DNA of 64,000 nucleotides from Aplysia californica (taxonomy: Eukaryota), in contig NW_004797355.1 in the NCBI RefSeq assembly GCF_000002075.1, forward strand, positions 1,166,602-1,230,601. The letters run 5' to 3'. Positions 50,198-63,605 of the stretch are shown piece after piece (position 1 is the stretch's first letter; each line of letters starts with the position of its first letter). The position numbers were made by a program, and so were the translations under genes. A model generated the notes under the pieces. The model was not told the origin of the DNA. It was given only the letters and a program-made list of their open reading frames with translations, and searched no databases.

Positions 50198-51015
50198 TGC
50201 ATTAGATATGATGGAGTTTTTTAAGAGAACAAGTTTAGATGTCATTTTTTCACTCTGCAAAACACATCATACACTCCCAAGCAGTTTCAACTCAATGTTC
50301 AAATAATGATAATATTTTTATAGCAATCCCTGGCTAAAAAAAACATGCAAATATTTCATTTAGACTTAACCTTTTTCACTTTGATCAGGAAGAATTTAAA
50401 ACAGACAGCCATCTACAAGAGCACAAATCAATTCTTTGACAATTTGTTAGAGATAGAGTAACACTGACAAGACTGAGTTCCCTGACCAAGCATTCTGTAA
50501 GACTAAGTACATTATAAACAAATGGTATTAACAGTCCGGTACACTATTCAGCAAAATACGTACCCCTTTAAATAGAGGCCAGTAATTTTGAAAATTTGAG
50601 AGCACAAAGCAAAGCTATTTGTTTTTCGCATGCTTTTTAATTCATCTGTTTGACGGTGCGTGGCCAAAAAATAAACAAAAACAAACAAAAACAGGTTTGA
50701 AAAAGTACCATATATCATCATTTTGGTAAAACAGAAATGACCTACCACTCAACTGAAACTCTCAAGGGGATGCTTTATTTGACTTGACAGCTGAGACAAT
50801 CTGCCACAGAACTAACCCAGGCTTGCAGAACCATTCACTGTGACTTGCAATATCCTCCTCCTCAAGTTCTCAAGGCATTCAGAGCGCAGTAATGCCACAA
50901 GCATGTTTCTCCCATCTTCAGGCCGGTCACGGCTGAGATGTCAGTGCCTCCCCACACAACGCACCGGAGACTCGGCCGCTAGACTATGAGCCATGTGGTG
51001 AATACTGTAAGCAAT

Positions 51016-54000
51016 TTAGTCGGACTCCGATTTGATTGTCAGGGATGATGAGTGGCTTTCGCAGGAAGCTGGGAAAGAGAAAGAAAAAATATTTATCATG
51101 TCGCCACCAACAAATACCTGTATCTCAGGGGAGGATCAACAGAACAGTGCTTTTTTATTAAGTTTCACGACTTTTCTTGACACACGCTTATGATACGAGG
51201 CGTGCTGACAAAATGAGTTACTTCATGCAATCCACAAACAGAGATATTTGCCGAAAATCAACACAAGGGTCAAATATGTAGATTTTAAAAATTGATGCCA
51301 CATTCTTTGAGTATTACATTCCTTTTATTATTTCATACTTATAAATTGTCAAAACTTCCCCAGTAAGCATGATGTATCGATTTCCATAGGTCTTGAATCC
51401 GAAAAGTAAATCATTTTGTCAGCTTGCTTCACAATATCTTTTCAAAAAGGTCACGATAAAACAAAATTATTATCGTGTTTAATACTATTCCTTCATTGGT
51501 AAAGCATTAGATCTAGAATCTAGATCTTGATTTAGATATAGATCTATATCTAGATCTAGAGATAGACTATGTTATCTATCTAGAATCTAAAATCTAGAGA
51601 TCTAGATGATCTAGATCTAGATTCTAGATCTAGGCCTAGATCTATATCTAGATCTAGAATCTAGATCTAGAAATCTAGATTCACTCCCACAATGACCGTC
51701 ATGTAAACAAACGGGACCGCAATTGTACAGGAGTGCCGAAACCGTGCACCGAAAAAGAAGCCAAAATTGTAAATGTACCAAGTACCAAAAGAAAATTCTC
51801 TTACCCTCAGTTTCAGGATCTTGAACACTGCTGTCAGACTCTTCTTTCTTCATGGCTAAAACAGTCGAATCAGTAGGACTGCTCATTTTTCTGAGAGCAG
51901 GGAGAGGAAAGCAAAGAAAATTTCATCATCAACCACTACATGGTACACAGGTGTTACATAAAATTCATTCAGACAACATTCCAGAATTACTTTTGCTCTG
52001 CTTCTATTCCACTTTAAAAAACTTTAAAAGTTCATTTAAAAAATTACCCTAAATACAAAAGGGACTTAAAAATATGAATGAACACCAAGCTACTATAGGA
52101 CGGAATTAGCTTGGAAAAAAAAATTCTTTCTTTTCAGTACATTCAGTTTTAACTTTTACCAGATACATAAAATTAAACCTTGACTACTGAATAACATCCA
52201 CGCATCTGATGGCGAAAAAAAATAAATCTGAGCAATGCTAATCACATGTAAACTGTGACAATTAAATAACCCATCCTCAAAATGGAGAACTATTTAACAA
52301 CTTTTCACGTTGAACATTGAAATTTAACAACCCCTAACTCTACAAAATGCACTGATAAGTAATTAAGAAACACAGACTCAATTAAGAATGTGAATATTTA
52401 TTCTGGCAGATGTTTACAAAACAAATCAAACAGTACATTCCAAAACCTGATGTCACGTTAACCAAAAGAAACGAGATTTATTGGGCTGTAAGGTTTGTAT
52501 TCTAAAAACAAACATTTCTGGAAAAGAGCTATATAGAGAAAAGAGAAAAAATAGCACACAGCATGTCATAAGGGTACAAAATACATGGAGGGGTGCAGGC
52601 CTTACTTGCTCTTGTTGGGAAACTCAAAGTCTGAGTCTGCTTTCCGCTTGCCCGCACCTCTGTTGTCAAGATTTGGACGAGATGTTTCTTCACAGATCTT
52701 CAGTTGTTGGATTCTCCAGTCAATAGCACGCAGCAAATTTTCTGAGTCTTTTGTGTTGGTCTGAATGGAGTAAAAGAACATACAAAGACAAATAAGTCCC
52801 CTCTTGAAAGTTAAAAATTCACTCATTCACTCTGTCACAATAAGTGCTAATAGAATTCAGTTTTTTAAAGTATTTAGGGAAACTGCATGAATGGAATATA
52901 GTCAATTGCAAAGAGCTAATAAAAAGAATTTTTCAACATAAGCCATAAAAATCCAAATAAATTTGAAGCAACTAATATAAAGACCACACAAAAATGGAAC
53001 AACATTCCCCACGTCTTTCTTTCGTGATTTTCAATTTTGAGGATGGGTCCCTTTTGAGCGCCGGGAATCAAGCATTTCAGTCTCGATTGTGCTGAGATTT
53101 CTTTTTTGCACTAATGGATTGATGAATTAAATGTATGTTAAAGACTAAATAATCTGATTTGCAGGTTTTTATTTTTTGTGCACTTTTGCAAGTGGTCCTT
53201 AACCTTTCGTGAAGACTACATACAAGAAGTTCATCTCTACCCATGTATTAACACAGTTTTTTTTTTTTTTTTAAATCGCATATCTTTCTTTGGGCTGTAT
53301 GCAAGCTGCTACAGACACAGCATGATTCATAACAAACGCAGAGTACCTTTCTCTTGTGTATCTAATGGTAAAGCAAGAGCCAACGCTGTGTGTATTTCAT
53401 CAAAAATGCAATGTGCACCTTTGTTTTCTTATAACTTGACTATTACTACCCGCAAAGATTTAAGATTTCTCACGGCAAGACATGATATACGTAGTCAGTT
53501 TAAAAAAAGATTTCGGAGAGATCTGATCTGTCGTGCCGTTTTGAAATAAACAATCACTTATTCATAAGTATGTAACTAAAATTGGACAAATTGGGTACTC
53601 TACAAACACTTATCTAGAATAAAAACTAAACCACAGAAATTAACCATTCTAATGCAGAATAAATCTCAAGACATTGAACTTTTAATACAACAGTGTAATG
53701 GATTGCTGTGTGGGATGGGGAACAAGTTATATCGTTTCATACTCGATAGACAAAAATGTGAACTTCTTAACTGACACCGGTAAAGTCGCTTCAGGGCTCA
53801 TTAACTACGTGACCTGAGCTGGGGAGCTTCGGAGGGCTGCTGAGTCACTTTAACTAAAAGTAACAGAATCAGGCCAAAAGTGACGCCGCGCACACTACAC
53901 ACCAGGAGGCCTACACACAAAAATGATCTTACAAATGGGACAGAAGTGTCACCCACATGGAACCTTCCAAGAACGGATAGAAAAACCATATGAATTCCCC

Positions 54001-55683
54001 CATCTTCACAATAACAATATTAAGGAGAACAACTCCGATTAATTTCTACAAAGCAACAAAGAAAACCATGAATATCATGTTACCCATCTTAGTTTTGGAG
54101 TTTTAGTACAAGTAGGTAGAATATCTGCAGAAGATTAGAGTGTTACAAAAGGATAACTACTAAAAAATAAAAGGAGAGAGATGAAAACTAGATATTTTGA
54201 TGGACACCAAGGAGCAAACCACATCAGCACATCCACCAACCACCCATTGATACTTACCATAATAAGGAAGACCTTGATGTTTTCGTCAGTGTCCATGGCA
54301 GTTACACGGACTGACTTCCCAGAGGCCCTCTCCACTGTCATCCCTGGCCATATCTTTGTATTGAGCACCACACGGAGACTACCTTGAGTCCTCATGACTG
54401 GTAAAGAATAAAAAAGTCAAATATAACATGTACAAATGAAGATCCTACGATAAAAATTAAGTATAGCCCCCCCCCCCCCCCCCCCCCCCCATTTTGAACT
54501 GCTTGACCGAGCATAAATATCTGGGGGGGGGGGGGGGGGGCACTGTGACTACTGTGAGGTTGTCTTACAGAAACAAGGAACAGGGGATGCGATTGTCACG
54601 ATGTATGAAGAAATAAGACTTGCTTTTACCAACACTGGAACCCTCACTCTTGCCATTTCCCCAAATCCTCTATACTTAAACAACTCTAACATTAGTCCCA
54701 GTATCTATACTTAAACAACTGTAACATTAGTCCCAGTATCTATACTTAAACAACTGTAACATTAGTCCCAGTATCTATACTTAAACAACTGTAACATTAG
54801 TCCCAGTATCTATACTTAAACAACTGTAACATTAGTCCCAGTATCTATACTTAAACAACTCTAACATTAGTCCCAGTATCTATACTTAAACAACTGTAAC
54901 ATTAGTCCCAGTATCTATACTTAAACAACTGTAACATTAGTCCCAGTATCTATACTTAAACAACTCTAACATTAGTCCCAGTATCTATACTTAAACAACT
55001 CTAACATTAGTCCCAGTATCTATACTTAAACAACTGTAACATTAGTCCCAGTATCTATACTTAAACAACTGTAACATTAGTCCCAGTATCTATACTTAAA
55101 CAACTCTAACATTAGTCCCTGTAGCCCTGACCCGAGATAATATCAAAAGATACTCCTTAACCCATCCCTATTGGTTCAAACTGTTAGGAAATATAATGCT
55201 TCAAATTCTAACTGCCAGTAATTACAGACCCCTATGCTGATGAACATTTATTTTTGCCTCTGGCTGGTGTTTAGCAAACAGTTGGAGAGCTTCCTGAATT
55301 CTGTAAACAATAAAACACATACAGGAATCCAGTTTTAGTGGAGAATTCTCCATCAGTATATTTTTTACAACTGTTCTTCTTTCACATGGAAAAGGAATTT
55401 TCCATTCTGAAATAAACAAAGTCTTGTCAATGTCAGCTTTGATTTGTCCACGACTGAAAGAACCAAATTATTAAACCCATATTGTGGCAAAAATTCGCTC
55501 AAAGTAAAGACATTCTCTCACCTAACCGAGACTGAAATGTTCTTGCATCGTCAGAAGACATGTCATTTAACCTGATCACACCACGGCCTCTCTCAACCCA
55601 GGTCTGTGTCATGGCATTAAACAGAAACAGCTTAGCATTTGCCTGAAAACAGAAAAAGTATTAAACATTTATTTAAAAAACTA

Positions 55684-55748
<65 letters not shown>

Positions 55749-58700
55749 GAGAGAGAGTGTCATTTAAAACTTTAATGCAACAAAGCTTTCAGAACGTGAA
55801 TCTGTGGTCCTTCAGGACAAGATGAAAACAGAAACAGCTTTACAAGAGAACAGCAAAGACCAATATCACGCTCGCCAGCAGTTCTGACAGTGCAAACTGA
55901 CCTGTAAAACATTTGATTCTTCTTCTTCTCCTGTTATCCTTTCCACTTCCTTCAGCTCTGTTTTATTTTCATGTTTGGCCTGATACTCCCTCGCAGATTC
56001 CTCTAATGTTCTGTTCATTTTACCTGAAAAATGAAGCATGGGAGACATAATAATGAGGTCTGGTTGTAACACCATCTAGAAAAATGTGACTTTACACCCC
56101 CCCCTCCCCAAAATGTTACTATAATCAGTTAGGGTACAGAATCCGAACATGTTAGACAGTTACTAATCTCAGCAAAGAACATTTAAACTTTCAAAGTCTT
56201 ACTCTGCCACAAAAGGACAGAAAATGCTACCTTACACTCCAGCAGTTAGCAATCACTGTTAACAAAACTGTGGGTTTTCCCCTCGCTTACTAGCAAAGTT
56301 GGCATGGAAATATTAAAATTCTCTGGCAATGAAAAGGCTGAACAAACCAAAAACTTATTAAAAAGACTGTTAAATATGGCAACGATCATATAAAAGTACC
56401 TGAATCTGAGTCACTGTCATCTTTATCTGGAGATTCACTAGACCCATTTGCTTCTGTCACTGCACGCGATGACAATGATTCCCCGAAGACAAAACCGGAT
56501 GACGCTGATGCTTCGTTTGTGACTTCGCTGGGTGAAGTAACTCCCTAGCAGGCGAAACAGGAAGAAAAATGAACCATAAGCCACAAATTAAAATATGAAA
56601 ATGGAACAAGAAAGAAGCTCAGTGGGCAGTGTGGGAGAGAGGAAAGAAGATGTCTGCAGTGAGTCAGCACAATAATAACAACAGTTTGTCATAGAATTCG
56701 AAGCAACTCTACTACAGAGCTGCCAAGCATTGGGGGGGGGGGGGGGGGGGAGAGAGTCTAGCTGCAACAAACACAAATCACTGACACCAAAACATCAAAG
56801 AGCCAGTAAGAAAAACGCTTGCATAAGAAAGCAGAATTACAATACATGCATATATAAGAACACATTTCACTATCAATGTGACAACTCTACAATCATGACA
56901 GCTGCTATATTGTACAGTTATAAAATGCATACTTATTAGTCAAAAACTGAAACTGCTTCTTCAATACTACTGACAACAGTAACAGTAGGGACGGACAAGA
57001 CATCACTAACGTTTCCCCCAGATTTCAAGATTGCATTTAAGAGGCATCTATATTCCAAAACAAAAATCTGGCAAATTATCCCAACTGAAAAAAGAATCAA
57101 AAGAATCACAAAAGCAAAAAGAACACAAAATTAGATTTTTTTCCGATGGTGCAAAACGGAGAATGAATATCCCTAAGGCTATGTGTGAGTGTGTGTGTGT
57201 AGGGAGAAAGGTCCTAGTTGTCAGAATTTTTTTATATTAGAATAACGGCATAGATTTTTGAAGCAAATTCAATGCTGAACACGCTGATATTTAAAAAAAA
57301 CATTTTTCAAATATCTTGAGTACTTTTAAAGATGCAACATTTTGTAACAGAGTGTTAAAAACAAAGTTTGGAGAAAAGCCCAATTTCTTGCATGTTTTTA
57401 ACCTTAAGTGAAGTACATGTTGCAAAAATAATTGAAAATTTTTTTAGACTCAAAATATAAAATCCTTTCAAAATGTTATTAAGAAAAAGTTAAACAGGTG
57501 TTTCCTGATGGAATTAAATTTTGAACCTGCTACAACTTTTTTGGCCTTCTCATCCCGTTGCTCAAAAATAGCTTTGCCGACAACTGGGACCTTTCTCCAG
57601 GCACACACACATAAACACAATGCAAGGTTTCATCATTGGCTACTTACAGTGACCCGTTGTGAGAGATTTTTCCCGAACACAAAATCAGACGAAGAGCTGC
57701 TCGATACACCAGACGAATCTTTCAGCCTGTAGAAACAAGAGCGAAATGTTTGTACGACAAGCGAAAAATATTCATATAGATTGTTCCTACAAAGACAATT
57801 TAATTCGTTAGTTTTAGTTTTAGTAAAGGGTTTTACTGCGCTCGCAACCGCATAAGGTCATATGAGCGCCAAGGGGTGGGTGTCAACAGAGAAGTCTTTA
57901 CAGGGAATCAGACTTACTCTGCTCACCTCTTTAACTTCAACAGCACAAAGTCTGCTTCAACTATCAAGGCACCCCAGAAATTGCAGGTCACAAGAGTGGG
58001 ACAAACATACAAAAGAAGTAGAGGGAAATGACAATAGTAAGGATTAGGAAAGAAAAAGCAGTAGTTCCCTGTTGTAGATCAGGCACAGTAATGAGCGTGA
58101 CATGATGAATCAGCCCATTTTCAAATCTACTGTGCATGAATGAGAAATGTCCCCACTTTAGGAATGGCCTAAAGACACTACAGTCAGTGGCACTGCCCTG
58201 GGGGGTGGAGGGTCAAATTTAATTCAAAATGAAAAGATATGAGTAGGGCTGACAGTAAAAAAGGGACAGCAAGACCTGAAAAGAAAGGGTCCCATCCCGT
58301 TACAAGATCCAAGATCACAATAAATACATGAAAAGAAAAGAAGTAAGACAACATCTATCCAAGGTCATACATAAACTATTAAAAAAAGAAGGCCGCGGAA
58401 AACATTTATAAATACAGGTTGACTGCTGTATGTGTGCTTTCAAAAACCAAAAACACAATCTAAAAGGCTAGGAAATGCAAAATACAAAATATCACAGACT
58501 GAAAACACCTACAAGGTTAAACCTGAAAAACGTCCGTTGAAGAATTTGCACCGGACTACTGAATATATGACAATATATATGAAAGCGACAGGCAAATTTC
58601 ACTGGACACACAATGCGGGAAGAAGCATTGGAGAATATTGTAACAACAGGTGGGTTTGAGGGAAAGAGAGGCAGAGGGAAAAGATACTGGACAAGTTGAC

Positions 58701-61700
58701 AATATGGCTGGGAGCAGCAAGAACAACAGGCACCATTGCTGCAACACAAGACAAAGTGAAGTGGAGGTCCATGATTGCCCACGTCAGTCGTCAAGGCACC
58801 GGATGATGATGACTGTATATTTAAATATCTGAAAAACACACTGGAAGAAAAAGCCGAACAGAGCGAGGAGGTGCCAGCCAAAGACTCACTTGTTATTTTT
58901 GCTAATATCTGGCACAATGTCCTGATTGTAAGCGGACGCGTCTGCTGCAGTGGCGCCATCTGCCTCACAGTGCACAGGCGGAACCGGGGCAGACGACGAC
59001 GAGGTCGAAGATGATGATGAGACTTCATTGGCTCCCACGCTGCCCTCTGCCCCGTCCTGTTGGACGCTGACGGCAGATGCTTCACTGGCCTTTTCTGTCA
59101 CCTCGTGGTCACCAGCAGAGTCAGCTAGAAGATCGAGAAAGAGTAAAATGAGACAAACACACTGGGCAGAGAGGAAGGGGTGTGTGTGTGTGTGTGTGTG
59201 TGTGTGCAGAATGCTTCCAGAAAAAATAAAAATTAGAGTAGTAACATGTGAAAGACTTGGCACTTTTCCATTTATTACACATAAAAATAAAACATTAAAA
59301 TTGTCAGGACTCTATTTTCGAAGATAATAAATCCTGAATCCCAGGAAAATCCAAAAAATATGCCATATGTGACATTTCTATTTGTATATTACATAGCATT
59401 ATTTATCTTTTTTTTAAAAATACGGAGCAGTACAACTGTAAATGATTGAAAATTATTTGAACACAAATATGGACAAGGCAAAAAAAAATCTTATGCATGG
59501 AATACCCACAACTACACCTGGGAATCATAACAGAAGCTCTAGGATATCAAGTCATTGTGGCCCTAATTCAACTTCTGTACCAGTATAAATGACAAAGAAA
59601 TGGGCATCAAACTTATTCAATATACAAACATATCTTTTATCAAATTAAAATTTTTGCATCACCTTACACGCCTTTGATTTCATTTTAGGGTGACAAAGCC
59701 AAGCAAAAAATGTGTTTTTAAAACTTCTCCCTTTTTTCTTAAAAATATTATCAGTATGCACAAGAGGAAGAGTACAGTATAAATTCTGCAACACATTCAA
59801 AATACTAGAAATAAGTACACTCAAATCAGTTTAGAATCGGAGAAGGAAAAAATTCATGATACACTGGAGGTTTAAAAATTTTACCTTTACCATCACAAGC
59901 CTTTGTCGGATCAGGTAACTTGGCTGGCTTCAGTAAGGGAGCAGTGGCTGGGGGGAGACAAGAACAAAGCGATAATAAGCATGAATTGGATTTTTAAAAT
60001 CTTAGTTTAGTTTTGGTTAAGGTTTTACTGCACTCGCAACTGCATAAGGTCATATGAGTGCCAGAAGATTAGAGGTGTTACAAGAGAGTAACAAACATAA
60101 AAAAGAAGGAGAGGAGATAAAGACGATAGACGTTTGATAGAAAAAAAGGAGCAAACCACACCAGAGCACCCACCAACCACCCGCTTTTAGAAATCAGAAG
60201 ACAGGCAGATAAAACACAGCTCAAGAAGATTCACAGAAATACTTAAGTACTTAATTATTACTTATCAGAGTCAGCTACTAACATTGCAAAAGTTCCCTCA
60301 AATTCATGACACCATGCATAAAATGTTAGTTTTTTTTGTTGGTATTAGTAAGCGTTTTACAGCACTTGCAACACAGGTCATATAAGTGCCAAAGATAGGA
60401 GGCGTTACAAGACAGTAACATACACAAAAAAGGAGGAAAGATAAGCACGACAGATATTTGATAGGAAAAAAGGAGCACCTGCCAACCACCAACAACTAAT
60501 GGCGTTGTGTCAGCATTTGACTTGGGAGAAAGTGCAAACACAGATGTAGCCAGCAATATTTGAGAGAGAAAAGGACTTGTCACATTAAAAAATCCACTTC
60601 GACCTAAAACGAAGACATGAATTCCCGGACCCACAGGTAAAGGTTACAATTTCGCATTTAACATGCAAATCAGGCCAAATGGCCATAGCCTTGCCTCCCC
60701 TTTCCACACACACAACACACACACATCAATGTACACACCTTTTGCAGGGCTTGCTTCACTGGGGCCAGAAAACACTGAGGGACGTATGTGAAAAGAGTTC
60801 ACTGGACTGAAAGTTGAGCTTGGGACCTCTGGTCGAGCAAGACTCGCACCTCCAAATCCTGAGCCTTTAGAGAGGAAAATAAAAAGGAAAAGGCAAACTC
60901 AAAATTTCATTGTGTCAACAGCCACTTTCAACAAAACCGTATTTCCTTCAAAACTTATTTTTAGTAACTATCTAATCAGGACTTGAAGATCGAATGACTT
61001 TACATCACATGTAATTCACCCTACAGATGAACAATTTTCTCTTGGAAACCAAAAAAATTAATGCATGCTGCATGTACTGGACACTATAAAAACAGTACTT
61101 TGACATACCTCCAAACTTTGGTGTGGCTAGCATGGAAGGCTTCAAATACTTGCAACGCTTTTCTTCAGCTGAAACACAATTTGTAAATTCTCAGTGTTAA
61201 CATATTTTCATAAAGGAAAAACAGGTCAAGCAGTTCTAAATAAAAAAATGGCTCCATTAGTGCTCAGAATGTTCCTTTTCCCATGGAAAGGCCTATTTCT
61301 TGCTCATATGTATTGTTCTTGCTCTTGTTTCAGGAAGCAACATCCCTGCACTCCGGACATGTCCATTGATGCTCATATGTATGAAGGTTGGTAATCTTAA
61401 ACGTAGCATATCCATAATCGAAAGAAACCCAAAACAATCATGCAAAGCACACTGCCTTTGGCCCTTGGTTTCTGTGTAAGTCTGAGACCGTTCAACATGA
61501 CCAAGGCATTCCAAACGAGTGTCCTCTGAAACAACGTTCACCGTGACCAGCAGCACAGAGTGGAAAGCCTGCACAAAGATTAAAAACTGCCCCAGAATTT
61601 CAAAGAGGGATGAACAAAGAATATGTGAGGTATAAAACAAGACACTACTCGGAGTTTCTCTGGGCATCCTTTTTATTACCAACAGAAATTACCTTCTGAT

Positions 61701-63605
61701 TCTCCAGTATCTTTATTGACAGCTGCACCAAGTCTGCTGGGAGCTAAGAGACCTAAAGTGGAAAAAAAATTAATTAAAAAACAAAATTAACATCATAAAA
61801 CTGAGACTAAGAACACCACACGCAAGACTCAGACAACACATGTTTTAAACTAGTACAATCACCAAAATGCTAGAGTGGAGAAGCACACCAAACTAAAAGA
61901 TATCCTCCAGCAGCGCAGAACACACAGAGCCCTGAGACAGGAAACATGGTCTACTCCTTTGAAAATACAGGAAAAGCTATAAGGGAACTGAGCTGGACTG
62001 CCCAGTATACGATAGACAGTATATGATATCGGACTTAATCAAGGGTAATGCGACTGAGAAGATGAAGAAAAAGAAGAAGATGAAATTTACATAGAACAAA
62101 AAAAAGACCCATTATCTCAACCCATACAAAACAAAGCTTTTGAGTCTTAAGTGACTCATTTGGAGAGTGAATAAGAGCAAACTATTTCAACTGAGAAAAG
62201 AAGATAAAATAGGAGCAGGTTCAATCTGGCCACGTCTCAGACTTTACAAAAATGCTTCCATGTCTAATCATAGCTCTACATTACAACTGGAAGAAAGTAC
62301 AGCATACAAGCAAAAGATATGAAATAAAACAACAGCGATCCTCCACACACCAACTGAGGCAATTTAAAAAAAGACAAAATTAGTTCATCTGTTCATTTGC
62401 TCGCAAAATAAGCTTTTTTTTTAGCTGTAACTTCCGTCATCGATAACAACTTCAGATAATTACATTTCCTTCAAAAACCTACCACAGTGACTTCTCTTTT
62501 TTTATCCGAATACTCCTGTTGTAGAAATTACAAATTACAGTGAACACACAAGAAAGAAAATGATGTGTCACCTCCAATCCACTAACAAAGATAAAGAAAC
62601 GAATATTTTCAGCAAGAAACACTGAGCACTGTGAAACCATGATTGTACATTTTAGTTTTAGTAGTCTTATCGGTGCTCGAAACTGCATAAGGTCATATGA
62701 GCACCAAGGGTCGGATGTCAATAGAGAAATCCATACTCAGGGAATCAGGCTTACTCTGCTTTTTAGTTTAGTTTTAGTAGAGGGTTTTACGGAGCTCGCA
62801 ACTGCATAAGGTCATATGAACGCCAAGGGGTGGGTGTCAACAGAGAAGTCTTTACAGGGAAACTGACTTACTCTGCTCACCTCTCTAGCTTCAACAGCAC
62901 AAAGTCCGTTTCGACTATCAGGCACCCCGGAAACAGCAGTTCGCAAGAGAGTGACAAACATACAAAACAAGTAGAGAAAAAATGACGATAGTTAGGAATA
63001 GGAAAGAAAAAAAGCAGCAGTTCCCTGTATACAGTTCAGGCACAGTTATAAGAGCATGACATTGATGAATCAGCCCATTTACAATTCTGCTGACTTACTG
63101 AATATAAGAACATGTTAATATATCTCCTTTGGCCTAAAGACACTTCAGTCAGTAGCACCACCCCGGGGGGTTCATGAACGTACATAATTATCTTTAAAAA
63201 GTAAAATTTTAAAACCCTATCACAGACAATCAAATTAGAAGATCATGACAAGCAGTCCAAAAGACATGGCACATAATGTCAAAGTTCCAGAAATGAGCTT
63301 TCAAAAAGCTCCACGTATATTGGCTATAAAAAGAGCTCCAGCCAAAGTACTCAAATCAATTTCAATTAACATGCTGTATTCCAGACACAGTGTGCATATA
63401 GAGAATCTGGATTGCACTTCCCAACACAAAAGAGGGAAACACAAACATGAGTATAACACAAGTTGTAGAGACACCGTTTTAATTCACCTTTAAAACGAAA
63501 ACCAAATTAAAATCTTACTTTCTCTCTCACTTGGGACTGATGATGCAGTTGAAACCACATCTGTCCTTAAAGGGGCACGCGGGACAAAGGGATTTGAGTA
63601 AACAC
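51016..63605 (-). CDS. RANBP3: Ran-binding protein 3 (CRM1 export cofactor), 5'-partial, 14 coding exons in window
   Basis: Exons in transcript order: 63519-63605, 61693-61752, 61109-61168, 60739-60864, 59885-59947, 58890-59124, 57648-57726, 56400-56544, 55902-56023, 55522-55642, 54258-54397, 52606-52760, 51805-51890, 51016-51068 (TAA). All GT-AG and phase-consistent. Two FVFG motifs, then a Ran-binding domain: TGEEEESNVLQANAKLFLF...WVERGRGVIRLNDM...FQSRLVMRTQGSLRVVLNTKIW. The start codon lies beyond 64000. Confidence 0.94.
51505..51680. repeat. (TCTAGA/AGATCT)n palindromic simple repeat
   Basis: Dense TCTAGATCTAGA runs; similar runs at 18227-18315 and 35620-35810. Confidence 0.8.
54669..55119. 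repeat. 35-bp minisatellite, ~13 copies, in a RANBP3 intron
   Basis: Unit GTATCTATACTTAAACAACT(G/C)TAACATTAGTCCCA; no spacers. Confidence 0.97.
55689..55756. repeat. (GA)n microsatellite
   Basis: Seen directly in the sequence. Confidence 0.95.
57808..58205 (-). mobile_element. Retroposon 3' fragment, body B plus shared hairpin tail
   Basis: Similar over its length to 62762-63170; ends in the shared tail and (AAAACT)n. Confidence 0.75.
58400..58813 (+). mobile_element. RTE-type LINE 3' remnant
   Basis: KRQANFTGHTMREEALENIVTTGGFEGKRGRG...WRSMIAHVSRQGTG* followed by (TGA)n. Confidence 0.75.
60002..60495 (-). mobile_element. Two retroposon 3' fragments, body A (60002-60182 and 60340-60495)
   Basis: Similar to 2104-2281. 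Confidence 0.75.
61860..62082 (+). mobile_element. LINE 3' remnant with (GAA)n tail
   Basis: DILQQRRTHRALRQETWSTPLKIQEKL; related to 14330-14530. Confidence 0.5.
62650..63170 (-). mobile_element. Two tandem retroposon 3' fragments, body B
   Basis: 62650-62760 and 62762-63170 each carry the shared tail and the GGGTGTCAACAGAGAAGTC-type body. Confidence 0.75.

Noticed and set aside
53745-54010. Telomerase RNA, U17/snR30, RNase MRP or U12 snRNA
   Set aside because: Only short chance matches (AAACCAU, GGGCUCAUU). No template, m1 motif, CR-I or correctly placed Sm site.
54669-55119. CRISPR array
   Set aside because: Units are directly adjacent with no unique spacers, there are no cas genes, and the context is a eukaryotic intron.
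58492-59327. Overlapping 125-197 aa ORFs in other frames
   Set aside because: Shadow frames of the RANBP3 exon 58890-59124 and of the RTE remnant.
63537-63560. Hammerhead-like CTGATGA..GAAAC motif (also CTGATGAG at 47851)
   Set aside because: No stems I-III can be formed. The first is antisense to a coding exon; the second lacks the GAAA core.
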